Positions 50,276 through 60,355 of a DNA stretch of 64,000 nucleotides are shown one piece after another. The stretch covers positions 1,568,001 through 1,632,000 of the forward strand of contig CAWAIF010000003.1 of assembly GCA_963782055.1 (NCBI GenBank), read 5' to 3'. Position numbers and translations under genes: made by a program. This stretch comes from an uncultured delta proteobacterium. GTDB taxonomy: Bacteria > Myxococcota_A > Polyangia > Polyangiales > Polyangiaceae. Every line of letters starts with the position of its first letter. The stretch's first letter is position 1. The notes below the pieces were generated by a model. That model saw only the letters and a program-made list of their open reading frames with translations, searched no databases and was not told the DNA's origin.

Positions 50276-51219
50276 GGCTTCCCCTTCGCGCACGGGTCCA
50301 CCGTGGTCTCGGCGCTCGCGTCGACGGCCTCGTCGATCGCGCGCGGCGCCATCGCCCGCGCCTCCTTCAACCGCCCGGCGAGGGCGAGCACGAGGGGGAA
50401 GTTGCGCGAGGTGGGCTCGTCCTTGCGGTAGTAGCTCACGATCGGCTCCCACGCGATCCCCGACGCGTCCCGGGGCTTCTCGTGCTCCATCCCGTCGCCG
50501 GTCCCGCGGAGCAGCCACGGCACCATGCCGTCCTCGAAGGAGAGGCGGAGCACCGCCTGCGTCGGATGGAAGGGCAGGGTCACCACCGGGCGTCCCGCGC
50601 GGGCGGCGTGCACGGCGACCGCCGTCTCGTCGGGGCCGGCGACTGCCGAGTAGAGGCACGTGCCGTCGGGCTCCTCGCGGCAGTGCCCGAGGAAGGGCGC
50701 CTCGTCGTGCTCTACGGTCACGATGACGTACGCCTCGCCGGGGGATGGAGGGAGGGCGCCCGGGTCGGCCGCGAGCGCCGCCTCGTAGCGCGCGACCGCG
50801 TCCTTGGGCCACACCGTCGGGTGCACCGCGTAGCACCGGGACAGCCGATCACGCAGGTCCTGGCTGGGGGACCGCTCGGAGTGCTGGGTGGCGGCAAACG
50901 TCGGGTCGAGCGCGCTCCCCGGCTCGCAGCGCACGCGCCGGCCGGCGGCGGTCTCGCGGACCACGCAGGTGAGCTGCACCACGCCGACGCTCGCGCCCGG
51001 CGTGGGCCACGGCGCCTCGCCCGCCGGGACGGCGCGCGTGTAGAACGTCGCGCGAAACGACGCGTGGCTGGTGAAGTGGTCGATCGGGTGCCAGTCGGCG
51101 CCGGCCCCGTCGGCGGATTCGTGCGCGCAGCCGGCGAGCGCCGCGGCGAGGGCTGAGAGGACGGCGAGCGCGCGGCGCATCGAAGGCCGTCGGACGCGCT
51201 CGGCGGGCGGCGTATTCAT
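50272..51219 (-). CDS. Lipoprotein, hypothetical (start may be ATG 51180)
   Basis: MRRALAVLSALAAALAGC lipobox. Confidence 0.75.
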   Translation of the reverse strand: MNTPPAERVRRPSMRRALAVLSALAAALAGCAHESADGAGADWHPIDHFTSHASFRATFYTRAVPAGEAPWPTPGASVGVVQLTCVVRETAAGRRVRCEPGSALDPTFAATQHSERSPSQDLRDRLSRCYAVHPTVWPKDAVARYEAALAADPGALPPSPGEAYVIVTVEHDEAPFLGHCREEPDGTCLYSAVAGPDETAVAVHAARAGRPVVTLPFHPTQAVLRLSFEDGMVPWLLRGTGDGMEHEKPRDASGIAWEPIVSYYRKDEPTSRNFPLVLALAGRLKEARAMAPRAIDEAVDASAETTVDPCAKGKP

Positions 51220-51235
51220 CTGCTAAGCATGCGGC

Positions 51236-52276
51236 GTGGGCCGCTCCTTCTACCTCGCACCCCTGCTCCTGCTCCTTGCCGCGTGTGGCGGCCGCACCGA
51301 GCTCGGCGCGGCGCGGGCCGATGCGAGCGTGGTGGACGCAGGCGTACCACGCGACGCGGGCGTGGATCGCGGCGTGCCCGCGGCGCCGGGGAGCGTCGTG
51401 CTCTTCGGGGGGATCGGCGGTCCCGCCGCGGTGACGCCCTTTGGCGACACGTGGGGATGGGACGGCTTGGCCTGGACCGAGCTCCAGACCGGCGGCCCGG
51501 CGCCGCGCTGGGGTGCGGCGTCCGGACTGCGCGACGGCAAGCTCGTCGTCTTCGGCGGCTGTCCCGGCACGACGGCGTATCTGGACGACACCTGGACGTT
51601 CGACGGCTCGGCGTGGGCATCCGTCCCCTCGAGCGGGCCCGTCGCCCGGGTCTACGCGGCGACGGCACCCTCCGCCGGTTCCCTGCTGATGATGGGCGGA
51701 GATCCGAGCGCCGCCCCGTGGCTGACCGAGATGTGGTCCTTCGACGGCAAGGCGTGGAACAAGCTCGGCGCCAGCCTCGCCGGGCTTCCGGCCAACAGCG
51801 TCGGCGGGCCGGGCCTGCCCTTCCAGCCGGCGGTCTCCCTCGCCGGGCGGGTGGTGCTCTTCGGCGCCATCGGCCCGCAGAATCAGGTCCTGGGCGACAC
51901 TTGGTCCTTCGACGGCACCGCATGGCACCAGCTCCCCGTGAAGGGCCCGGCCGGCAGGTACGGCGCCGTCTTCGCCACGCTGGGCAACGAGGCGGTGCTG
52001 TTCGGCGGCTCGACGGACTGGGTGGGCGAGCACCCCGAGGGAGACACCTGGCTCTTCGACGGCAAGTCGTGGAAGGCGGTCCCCGGCCCCGGCCCCAGCC
52101 CGCGCGTGCTCGCAGCGGCCGCGGAGCACGACGGCAAGCTGGTGCTCTTCGGCGGGGAGGACGCCATAGACCACGTCCTGGACGACACCTGGGAGTTCGA
52201 CGGCACGTCCTGGGCGCAGCTCCCGGTGCACGGTCCGCCCGCGCGCGCGGCGGCGGCCATGACGACGCTCCCCTGA
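51236..52276 (+). CDS. Kelch-repeat beta-propeller lipoprotein
   Basis: LLAACGGRTEL; six repeats of LFGG...DTW.FDG..W. Confidence 0.9.
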   Translation: MGRSFYLAPLLLLLAACGGRTELGAARADASVVDAGVPRDAGVDRGVPAAPGSVVLFGGIGGPAAVTPFGDTWGWDGLAWTELQTGGPAPRWGAASGLRDGKLVVFGGCPGTTAYLDDTWTFDGSAWASVPSSGPVARVYAATAPSAGSLLMMGGDPSAAPWLTEMWSFDGKAWNKLGASLAGLPANSVGGPGLPFQPAVSLAGRVVLFGAIGPQNQVLGDTWSFDGTAWHQLPVKGPAGRYGAVFATLGNEAVLFGGSTDWVGEHPEGDTWLFDGKSWKAVPGPGPSPRVLAAAAEHDGKLVLFGGEDAIDHVLDDTWEFDGTSWAQLPVHGPPARAAAAMTTLP

Positions 52277-52279
52277 GCG

Positions 52280-53827
52280 CTACTCCGCGGCCTGCTTCGC
52301 CAGCGCCTGCTGCACCTTGCTGTGGCGCCGCCCGTAGAAGAAGTAGATCGCCATGCCGATGGCGAGCCAGACGGCCAGGCGCAGCCACGTCTCCCAGGGG
52401 AGCGCGATCATCATCGCCGCCGCGACGACGATGCCCATGATGGGGGTGAACGGCACCCACGGCGTCTTGAAGGGGCGCTCCATCTCGGGGTGGCGGCGCC
52501 GCAGGATCCACACCCCCGCGCACACGATGACGAACGCGAGCAGCGTACCGATGCTCACCAGCTCGCCCAGGATCCCGATGGGAATGAGGGCGGCGAAGAT
52601 CGCGACGAAGATGCCGACGGCGATGGACGAGAGCCACGGCGTGCGGAAGCGCGGGTGGATGCTCGCCGCCCACTTCCAGAGCAGGCCGTCGTTGCTCATG
52701 CTGAAGAACACGCGCGACTGCGCGAGGAGCATCACCAGCATGACCGAGCCGAGGCCGGCGATCGCCCCGACCTTCACCAAAAATCGCCCCCAGTGCACGC
52801 CGGTGGCGTCGACGCCGACGGCGACAGGGTCGGGCACGTTGAGGCTGGTGTAGGGGACCAGCCCGGTGAGCGTGCCGGCGACCAGGATGTAGAGCACCGT
52901 GCAGACCAGGAGCGAGCCGAGGATGCCGATGGGCATGTCCTTCTGGGGCTGCTTCGCCTCCTGCGCGGCCGTCGAGACGGCGTCGAAGCCGATGTACGCG
53001 AAGAAGATGACGCCCGCCCCGCGCAGCACCCCGCTCCACCCGAAGTGACCGAACTCCCCGGTGTTCGGCGGGATGAAGGGCGTCCAGTTCTTGTGCAGCG
53101 GCGCCCAGTGCGCGTGCGCCAGCGTGGAGATGCCCAGCCCGATGAAGACGAGCACCACGCTGATTCTGATCATGACGACGGCGGTGTTCACGCTCGCCGA
53201 CTCGCGGATGCCCACCACCAGGATGGCGGTCACCACCAGGATGGCGAGGAACGCGACCAGGTTGAAGCTCGCCGTCACGTGGGGGAGCGTGGCCGGGTCG
53301 ACGTGCGCCTTCTCCAGCACGTGCTGGATGGTGTCGGCCGGCGCCCACCGGCCCTGGTACTGGACGAGGTCGGTCCCCGGCGAGGCGGTGAGCGACGGCG
53401 GGATGTGCACGCCGTAGTCCTGCAAGAAGCTGTTGAGGTAGCCGCTCCAGCCGACCGCGACCGTGGCCGCGCCGAAGGCGTACTCCAGGATGAGGTCCCA
53501 GCCGATGATCCACGCGAAGAGCTCGCCGAGCGTGGCGTAGCCGTAGGTGTAGGCGCTCCCGGCGATGGGGATGAGTGAGGCGAACTCGGCGTAACAGAGG
53601 CCCGCGAAGCCGCAGCCGATGCCCGCGATGATGAAGGAGATCATGATCGCCGGGCCCGCGTACTGCGCGGCGGCGCTGCCCGTCAGCACGAAGATGCCCG
53701 CGCCGATGATGGCCCCGACCCCGAGCGCGACGAGATCGCGCGCGGCCAGGGCGCGCTTGAGCCCGCCCTCCTCGCTGTCCGCCTCCGCACGCAGCGCGTG
53801 GAATTCCTTGCGTGCCAACAGTCCCAT
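52280..53827 (-). CDS. APC-family amino acid permease (CAT/YfnA-like)
   Basis: GAIIGAGIFVLTG; CYAEFAS; GSAYTY; GWDLILEY; FAYIGFDAVST; RPFKTP. Confidence 0.95.
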   Translation of the reverse strand: MGLLARKEFHALRAEADSEEGGLKRALAARDLVALGVGAIIGAGIFVLTGSAAAQYAGPAIMISFIIAGIGCGFAGLCYAEFASLIPIAGSAYTYGYATLGELFAWIIGWDLILEYAFGAATVAVGWSGYLNSFLQDYGVHIPPSLTASPGTDLVQYQGRWAPADTIQHVLEKAHVDPATLPHVTASFNLVAFLAILVVTAILVVGIRESASVNTAVVMIRISVVLVFIGLGISTLAHAHWAPLHKNWTPFIPPNTGEFGHFGWSGVLRGAGVIFFAYIGFDAVSTAAQEAKQPQKDMPIGILGSLLVCTVLYILVAGTLTGLVPYTSLNVPDPVAVGVDATGVHWGRFLVKVGAIAGLGSVMLVMLLAQSRVFFSMSNDGLLWKWAASIHPRFRTPWLSSIAVGIFVAIFAALIPIGILGELVSIGTLLAFVIVCAGVWILRRRHPEMERPFKTPWVPFTPIMGIVVAAAMMIALPWETWLRLAVWLAIGMAIYFFYGRRHSKVQQALAKQAAE

Positions 53828-53991
53828 GCGTCCTCCGCTCGCGCTTATACCCCGGGGCGGTACGTCGCGACCAGGCTTCGGCGCCGTCCGGCAGGTTCTC
53901 CCCCGGACCGCGCGGCGAAGGCGATGCGCGCCCCGCGTAGCGCTTGCAGTCGGCCCCCGCGCGATCGCGCCCGGCCCACCGCCTTTCCGCT

Positions 53992-54007
53992 TGGCACCGA
54001 CGATGCA
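53992..54007 (+). promoter_or_regulatory. sigma54 (-24/-12) promoter
   Basis: TGGCACCGACGATGCA: GG(53993-94)-N10-GC(54005-06), 27 bp before ATG 54034; GAGG RBS. Confidence 0.7.
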
Positions 54008-54033
54008 ACGGACATGTCGCACGAGGTCATCCC

Positions 54034-54516
54034 ATGTCCACCACGACCACGCACCCCCCCACCAACAACACGCGCGCGATCGCCGCGATCAACGCCTGCA
54101 TCGAGGCCTGCACCGACGGCCAGAAGGCGTACGCCATCGCCGCGGCCAACGTCCGCGCGCCCGCCATCAAGACGCTCTACCAGTCCTACTCCGACCAGCG
54201 CGCGGCCTTCGCCCTGGCGCTGCAGGACGCCGTACGCAAGCTCGGCGGCTTCCCGGAGAACCAGGGCACGGTCAGGGGCGCCGCGCGCCGCCGCATCATG
54301 GAGATGCGTCGGGGCGTCGAGTTCACCCATGACGACCGCGTCGTCATCCAGGAGTGCATCCGCGACGAGCAGGCATCCCTCCGGGCCTACGAGACGGCCT
54401 TCCGCACGGCCCCTCGCGAGGGGCTGCCCGGCGACGTCGGGCAGATGCTCGACGCGCAGTACGAGGCCATCCTCACCTCCATCGGCGAGAGCAAGAACCG
54501 CCTGGACATGCACTGA
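54034..54516 (+). CDS. PA2169/DUF2383-family ferritin-like four-helix-bundle protein
   Basis: N..IE...DG.K.Y; QR..FA..LQ..V..LGG.PE..GT..G; EC.R.E......YE. Confidence 0.88.
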   Translation: MSTTTTHPPTNNTRAIAAINACIEACTDGQKAYAIAAANVRAPAIKTLYQSYSDQRAAFALALQDAVRKLGGFPENQGTVRGAARRRIMEMRRGVEFTHDDRVVIQECIRDEQASLRAYETAFRTAPREGLPGDVGQMLDAQYEAILTSIGESKNRLDMH

Positions 54517-54568
54517 AGTCCGGCCGCGGCGTTGGCCACGCGCCGGGCCGGCGGCTATCCTGCCGCGC

Positions 54569-55975
54569 GTGGGAACGTCGGCCCCCAGCTTGCCGCAGGT
54601 CGGCGCCATCCTCGGCGGCAAGTACCGCGTGGAGCGCGTGCTCGGCGAGGGCGGGATGGGCATCGTCTTCCAGGCGGTCCACACCCGTCTGGACAAGCAC
54701 GTCGCCATCAAGATGCTCCTGCCGCAGATGCTCCAGGTCCCGGAGCTGGTCGGCCGCTTCGAGCGCGAGGCTCGCGCCGCCGGCCGCCTCCGCCACCGCC
54801 ACAGCGCGCGCGTCATCGACGTGGACGTCACCGCGGACGGCATCCCCTTCATGGTGATGGAGCTGCTGCACGGCCACGACCTGGAGACCGAGCTGCGCGC
54901 GCGCGGCCGCCTCCCGCCGGGCGAGGCGGTGGCCTACGTGACGCAGGCGTGCGCCGCGATGGCCGAGGCGCACGAGGCGGGCATCGTGCATCGCGATCTC
55001 AAGCCGTCCAACCTGTTCCTGAGCGAGGAGCAGGACGGCACCGTGTGCGTGAAGGTCCTGGACTTCGGCATCTCCAAGCTGCAGACGCCCGACGAGGCGC
55101 GCGTCACGTCGACGCAGACGCAGATGGGGACGCCGCTGTACATGTCGCCGGAGCAGGTGCGCTCGGCGAAGAACGTCGACCTGCGCACCGACGTGTGGTC
55201 GCTCGGCGTCATCCTCTACGAGCTGCTCGCTGGCCACGCGCCCTTCGACGGGACGCCCATGGCCGTGGCCGCCGCCATCGTCGGGGATACGCCGCCGCCA
55301 CTTCGGCAGCTCGTGCCCGAGGTGCCCGAGGCGCTCGCCGTCGTGGTCGCGCGGGCGATGGAGAAGGATCCGGCGCGTCGCTTCGCCTCGACCGTCTCGC
55401 TGAGCGAGGCGCTCGCCCCCTTCGCCACCGCGCCCGCGGCTGCCCGGCCGAGCCTGCCGCTCGACGCACGGCAGGTGCAGACGTCGTCGCCCTCGCTGGT
55501 CACCGCGCCCACGCTCGCCGCGACGCCCGCCGATGCCGGCGCCAGACCGCGCGAGCCGGAGGGAGCCACCGGCGGGAGCTGGGCCACGTCGGAGGCCGAG
55601 ACGCCGCGTCCGCGCCGCACGGGGTTGCTCGTGGCGGGGGTCGGCGCGGTGGTGGTGCTCGCCGGCGTCGCCTTTCTCGCCTCGAGGCTGGTGCACGCGC
55701 CCCCGAGCCCGGCGGCCGCCGACTCCCGGACCGCGCCGCCCGCGCCCAGCGCGAGCGTGGCCCGCGCGCCCATGGACTCCGCCGCGCCTGTCTCCTCCAC
55801 GCCGTCGCCCGCGCCGCCGTCGCCCACGACGACCCGCTCGACCGCGACGACCGCGACGACGGCGGCGACGGCGAGGAACTCGGCGACGCCGGCACACGGC
55901 ACGTACACCGCGCGGCCGCGGCACCCGCCGCCCCCGGTCACGACGGCGCCCGTCAGCAACCCGCAACGCCTCTGA
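54569..55975 (+). CDS. Membrane Ser/Thr protein kinase
   Basis: LGEGGMG; VAIK; HRDLKPSN; DFGISK; GTPLYMSPEQ; TM; Pro/Thr-rich tail. Confidence 0.95.
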   Translation: MGTSAPSLPQVGAILGGKYRVERVLGEGGMGIVFQAVHTRLDKHVAIKMLLPQMLQVPELVGRFEREARAAGRLRHRHSARVIDVDVTADGIPFMVMELLHGHDLETELRARGRLPPGEAVAYVTQACAAMAEAHEAGIVHRDLKPSNLFLSEEQDGTVCVKVLDFGISKLQTPDEARVTSTQTQMGTPLYMSPEQVRSAKNVDLRTDVWSLGVILYELLAGHAPFDGTPMAVAAAIVGDTPPPLRQLVPEVPEALAVVVARAMEKDPARRFASTVSLSEALAPFATAPAAARPSLPLDARQVQTSSPSLVTAPTLAATPADAGARPREPEGATGGSWATSEAETPRPRRTGLLVAGVGAVVVLAGVAFLASRLVHAPPSPAAADSRTAPPAPSASVARAPMDSAAPVSSTPSPAPPSPTTTRSTATTATTAATARNSATPAHGTYTARPRHPPPPVTTAPVSNPQRL

Positions 55976-55990
55976 CGCCCGCCCGTCAGA
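55971..55990. terminator. Inverted repeat containing both convergent stop codons
   Basis: TCTGACG-CCCGCC-CGTCAGA; no U-tract. Confidence 0.3.
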
Positions 55991-57695
55991 GCGAGTAGAC
56001 CCACACCGTGTCGTCGATCAGCACGACGAGCCGGTTGTTGGCGCCGAGCACCATCCTGTACGGCAGCGCGGTCAGCGTGATGCCCAGCGGCGCCGCGTGC
56101 AGCCCGAGCCCCACCAGCTCGTTCTTCTCGTTGCTGTCGTAGAAGGTGCCGTCCGAGGCGAAGGCGGGGAAGGCGGCGCTGCCGTTGTACGTCGTGGACT
56201 GCTTGCCGTCGGCGTCCACCGAGTACAGGTTGTAGTCGTCCGCGGTGAAGTAGGTGGTCCCGTCCGGCGTGATGGCGACAATCTGCGCGATGGAGTGCAT
56301 GCCCTCGTCCGTTCGCCACACGACCTTGCTAAGGTCCGACGCCACCCGGGCGATGGAGAAGGGGTAAGGCGGGCCGTTGACTCCGGCCTCGGAGTCGTAG
56401 TCCACCACCAGGAGCCTGTAGTCGCCATCCGGCCCGACCGAGACGGTGTCCAGCGCGCCGCCCGCGAGGACCTGCAGCTTGCCGAGCACCTTCAGGTCGG
56501 CGTCCATCGCCCAGAGCGTGCCGTTGCTGGTGTCGCCGACGAGCACCTTGCCGCCGGTCACCGTCGGGTCGACGAGGTCGAAGCCCCCGAGCGTGCTCGA
56601 CGTGGGCCCGGGCTCGAGCCCGTTCAGCGTGTCCACCGAGTCGACCTGGCTCACCGGTCCGCTGAAGTACAGCCGCCCGGCCGCGCCGGGCCCGGGCGTC
56701 AGCGTGGAGCGCACGGTGGTGTCGGGCGCGTCCACCGGCGTGCCCTTCACCGCGCCCGTCAGCGGGTCGATGGCGAAGATCTGCGTGTCGTCTCCGGCGT
56801 AGACCGTGCCCGTCGGCCCGATGAGCAAGGTCCCGTCGGTCGACGACAGCGGCGTCCCCTGCAGGGGCACCTCCCACGTCTTGGACACCGTCTGCAGGTC
56901 GAACCTGGCCAGCTCACCGTTCTCCGCAAGGACGTAGGCGGCGTTGGCGGCGTCGATGGCGATGGTCCGCGGGATGCCGCCGTCCATCGTGAAGGACTTG
57001 GAGCTGGTCAGCTTGGGCTGCAGCACCGCCCCGAAGCGACTCAGCCCGGTGTGGCCAGGGCAGCCGAGGTGCATCGGCCAGACGGCGCCGGCCTGCAGCC
57101 CGCTCATGTCCCCGCACCCGGACGGCCCGGCGCCGCCGTCCAGCCCGCCGTCCCCGGCGTCGCCCGGCCCGGCGTCGACCCCGCCGTCGGCGTGGAGGCT
57201 GCAATCGCTCCTGCACTGCTCGGGGTCCACCTGCGCCGAGACGCACACGCCGTCGACGCAGGTCTTGTCGCCGGAGCAAGGCACGCCCGCGCACACCTGC
57301 TGCAGCAAGATGGGCACCGTCAGCGCCGTGCTGTCCAGGAACGGCAAGGAGCGGCGGGCGTGGAGACACCCCGGCGCTCCCTCGGCGCAGGTCCCGTCGT
57401 TGTCGATCGTCGCGGGGGCCACCGCCGCGATGACCTCGATGGTGATGGGCCGCGCCTTGCCCGGCGTGACGACCACCTTCCCGACGTAGCCGCCCGCGCA
57501 CGCCGACGACGCGGCGGCGATCGGCCCCTGCGGGTCGTAGGTGGCGCCGACGCGCACGCCGACGGGGCCGGTGAGCAGGGCGCAGTCGAAGTCGGTGGTG
57601 ACCTCCACCACGATCTCGGTCGGATCGCGGCACCCCAGGTACGCCGCGCCGCAGAGGAGCGGCACCAGCGCCAGCCCCGCGACGCGCTTCACCAT
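55986..57695 (-). CDS. Lipoprotein with a PQQ-like beta-propeller
   Basis: LGCRDPTEIVVEVTTD; Cys-rich N-terminal module; GLQAGAVWPM...CPGHTG.S; propeller blades. Confidence 0.8.
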   Translation of the reverse strand: MVKRVAGLALVPLLCGAAYLGCRDPTEIVVEVTTDFDCALLTGPVGVRVGATYDPQGPIAAASSACAGGYVGKVVVTPGKARPITIEVIAAVAPATIDNDGTCAEGAPGCLHARRSLPFLDSTALTVPILLQQVCAGVPCSGDKTCVDGVCVSAQVDPEQCRSDCSLHADGGVDAGPGDAGDGGLDGGAGPSGCGDMSGLQAGAVWPMHLGCPGHTGLSRFGAVLQPKLTSSKSFTMDGGIPRTIAIDAANAAYVLAENGELARFDLQTVSKTWEVPLQGTPLSSTDGTLLIGPTGTVYAGDDTQIFAIDPLTGAVKGTPVDAPDTTVRSTLTPGPGAAGRLYFSGPVSQVDSVDTLNGLEPGPTSSTLGGFDLVDPTVTGGKVLVGDTSNGTLWAMDADLKVLGKLQVLAGGALDTVSVGPDGDYRLLVVDYDSEAGVNGPPYPFSIARVASDLSKVVWRTDEGMHSIAQIVAITPDGTTYFTADDYNLYSVDADGKQSTTYNGSAAFPAFASDGTFYDSNEKNELVGLGLHAAPLGITLTALPYRMVLGANNRLVVLIDDTVWVYSL

Positions 57696-58621
57696 CGCAA
57701 GGGAGCCCCGACCTGCCCGGGGGTGAAGCCGTCCCCGGAGTCCGGGGAACGCGGCGTCAGGAGCGCCACCGTCAGGGCCGCGCCGCCTGCCACCACGACG
57801 GCGATGCCCGTCCAGAACCACCACCTGGTGGCGATGGAGGAGCGGGCCACCAGCGGCACGTCCAGCTCGTGCCGCGCCCCTGCGGCGACGACCGCCGCGC
57901 TCTCCGCGTCCTCGTAGCCGTCCCGCTGCACGACGACCTTGTGCGAGCCCGCGGTCACGGTCACCTCGATGGGCGCGGTGCCCTCGCGCGTGCCGTCGAC
58001 GAAGACCGTCCCGCCGCCCGGCTTCGTCTGGATCACCAGCACGCCGTGCGTGTTCTTCGCGTCCAGCTTGGCGTCGATGACCGTCGTCCCCCCGCCGGCG
58101 AGGTCGAGCTGTCTGCGGTAGGGGAGGTAGCCGTCGGCGTCGATCTCCACCGAGGCCTTCCCCGCCGCGAGCCGCAGTGGCTTGGCGAGCGGCGTGGTGC
58201 CCACGACGCGCTCGCGGACGAGCACGCGCGCGCCGCTCACGTTGGTGGTGATGGCCAGCGTGGCTACCTTGGCGCGCACCTCTGCGATGAGCTCGTCGAG
58301 CCGGGGGACGCGCGCCTTGAGCGCGGGTGGCGCCTCCCGCGCGAAGGCCTCGAGGGAGTCCAGCGCCTCCGGGTAGTCGCCCCGCGCCCTGCGGACCTGA
58401 CCCACGTTGTAGAGGATCGCCGGGTCGTGGGAGAGCGCGTAGGACGCCGCGTAGTCCTTGAGCGCCTCGTCGTAGTGGAGCGCGTCCATCGCCGCGTCGC
58501 CCTGCGTCTTGAGGTCGTGCGCGCGGGCGGCGTCGTCGGGCGAGGGGTCGCCGGCGAAGGCGCCGCTGGCGACGACGAAGAGCGCCAGGGCGAGGGCGAG
58601 CGGCCAGCGGTGTGGCGTCAT
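57689..58621 (-). CDS. TPR plus PEGA domain protein
   Basis: Signal; ILYNVGQ TPR; GARVLV...VGTTPL and VFVDG...GTAP....GSHKVVVQRDGY (two PEGA); WWFWTGI TM. Confidence 0.88.
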   Translation of the reverse strand: MTPHRWPLALALALFVVASGAFAGDPSPDDAARAHDLKTQGDAAMDALHYDEALKDYAASYALSHDPAILYNVGQVRRARGDYPEALDSLEAFAREAPPALKARVPRLDELIAEVRAKVATLAITTNVSGARVLVRERVVGTTPLAKPLRLAAGKASVEIDADGYLPYRRQLDLAGGGTTVIDAKLDAKNTHGVLVIQTKPGGGTVFVDGTREGTAPIEVTVTAGSHKVVVQRDGYEDAESAAVVAAGARHELDVPLVARSSIATRWWFWTGIAVVVAGGAALTVALLTPRSPDSGDGFTPGQVGAPLRW

Positions 58622-58704
58622 GACAGACCGGAGATATATCGTCGCGGACCCGGCCCGCCAAGGAGCCATGGATCGAGGGCTCGGGCGGCTGCCCTCGAGC
58701 GGGC

Positions 58705-60267
58705 TCAGGGAGGCGCGGCCGGGGCGGGGTACTTCGCGACGAGATCCGGCGTGACCGCGTCGGCGTCGGCGATCTCCCGGTAGACGGACACCGCCTGCCG
58801 GGCGACGCGCGTCTTCTGCGGGTCCTTCGGGTCCACGGCGTACAGGCCCAGCTTCCAGTCCATGCCGTGGTTCCACTCGTAGTTGTCCATCAGCGACCAG
58901 TAGAAGTAGCCGCGCACGTCGGCGCCGTCGTGGATGGCGCGGGCGAGCCAGGAGAGGTGCCGGACCATGTAGCTCGGCGCGGTGCCGTCATCGTTCGGGT
59001 CGGCCGCGCCGTTCTCGGTGATGATCGCCGGGAGCCCGAGGTCGTTCTTCACGATCATCGCCATCTCGTAGATGCCGTGCGGGTAGTCCTCGTACGTCTG
59101 GATCGTGAAGGGGTTGAAGGTGCTGAGCGGCGAGAGGTCGGGCAGCGCGGGCGCAGTCTCCCCCTGCACGGTGATGCGCGTGTAGTAGTTGATGCCGATG
59201 TAATCCATCCGGTTGGCGAGGTCGTCGCGGTGCACCGGGTTGCCGTCCAGGTTGGCGTCCAGGTCCCCCTTCGCCACCCCGTTCAGGTAGACCATGTTCC
59301 ACAGGTAAAAGACGTTCTTCGCCGCCTGCACGTCGACGGGGTCGGTCGGGTCCTTCGGCGCGACCGGCGACATGGCGTAGACCACGCCCACCTGCGAGGC
59401 CTTGCCGTCGCCGTCGGCGTCCACCGTGTCGTTCGCCTTGATGGCGTCGTACATGCGCGCGTGCGCCTCGATGAGCGCGACGAGCACCGTCTTGGCGTCG
59501 GCGCTCTGCAGCGTCACCGCGGGCGGGTTGGAGCGCTCGGCCGAGGGGAAGATGTACCCGGGCAGCACCACCGCGAAGGGCTCGTTGAGCGTCGCCCAGA
59601 GGTCCACCTCTCCGCCGAACTCCTTCGCGACGAAGCCGGCGTACTTGGCGATCTCGGCGACGGTCTTGTCCTTGTCCAGCCACCCGCGCGGCGAGCACGT
59701 CTCGATGTTCTGGTGGCAGCCCACGCCGTCGTGCACCCACGTGGGCAGGGTGTAGTGGTCGACGGTGACGAGCGGGGTGATCCCGCGCTGCTTCATCGCC
59801 GCGAGCATGGCGTGGTAGTGCGCGAGCGCCGCCGGGTCGGCGATCGCCTTCAGCGCGTCGTAGCCCTCGACGCCCCAGGTGGGCTTGGGGAAGATGCGGC
59901 TCCACTCGAAGCTGAAGCGGAAGCCGCCGAGGTGCACCTCGTTCTTGAGCAGGTCGAGATCCTTCTCGTAGAGCTCCCACTCGCCCGGGCCGTCGTCGGG
60001 AGACTCGCCGCTCACGTGCGTCCCGGTGTCGCCGACGATCGCGGGGGAGGTGACGAACTGATACCAGTCGCTGTTGGGATCGTCGCACTGGTCCTTGGCG
60101 AGCGTCGGGCAGCCCATGTCCACCTGGAAGCCCGCCACCGAGGCGCCGAAGAGGAACCCCTTCGGGAAGGGAGGGGGCGGTCCCTCGTCGGGCGCGGGCG
60201 ACGACGAGTCGCACGCGGCGAGCAAGACCGCCGCCAGCAGCACGCAGAAGCTGGAGAGGCGCATCAC
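58705..60267 (-). CDS. Glycoside hydrolase family 1 lipoprotein
   Basis: LLAAC; FPKGFLFG; RFSFEWSRIFP; TLNEP; GINYY; ITENG; WSLMDNYEW. Confidence 0.95.
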   Translation of the reverse strand: MMRLSSFCVLLAAVLLAACDSSSPAPDEGPPPPFPKGFLFGASVAGFQVDMGCPTLAKDQCDDPNSDWYQFVTSPAIVGDTGTHVSGESPDDGPGEWELYEKDLDLLKNEVHLGGFRFSFEWSRIFPKPTWGVEGYDALKAIADPAALAHYHAMLAAMKQRGITPLVTVDHYTLPTWVHDGVGCHQNIETCSPRGWLDKDKTVAEIAKYAGFVAKEFGGEVDLWATLNEPFAVVLPGYIFPSAERSNPPAVTLQSADAKTVLVALIEAHARMYDAIKANDTVDADGDGKASQVGVVYAMSPVAPKDPTDPVDVQAAKNVFYLWNMVYLNGVAKGDLDANLDGNPVHRDDLANRMDYIGINYYTRITVQGETAPALPDLSPLSTFNPFTIQTYEDYPHGIYEMAMIVKNDLGLPAIITENGAADPNDDGTAPSYMVRHLSWLARAIHDGADVRGYFYWSLMDNYEWNHGMDWKLGLYAVDPKDPQKTRVARQAVSVYREIADADAVTPDLVAKYPAPAAPP

Positions 60268-60327
60268 TGTGCAATCTACCTCAACGCGCTGCCCTTCGTG
60301 CCCGACGCGTAGCGGAGGGCCCGCGCC

Positions 60328-60349
60328 AGGGGCGGCGCGTGCCGCCCCT
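60328..60349 (-). terminator. GC-rich hairpin downstream of the beta-barrel gene
   Basis: AGGGGCGGC-GCGT-GCCGCCCCT, 6 bp after the stop; no U-tract. Confidence 0.35.
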
Positions 60350-60355
60350 CCCAGA

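Noticed and set aside
51400..52220. Recurring GACACCTGG...TTCGACGGC DNA repeats as a possible CRISPR array
   Set aside because: They are codons of in-frame Kelch repeats (DTW.FDG), degenerate at third positions; no cas genes and no constant repeat.
55830..55875. Short tandem ACCGCGACG-like repeats
   Set aside because: They encode the Thr/Ala low-complexity tail of the kinase; in-frame 9-mers, not a phase-variation tract.
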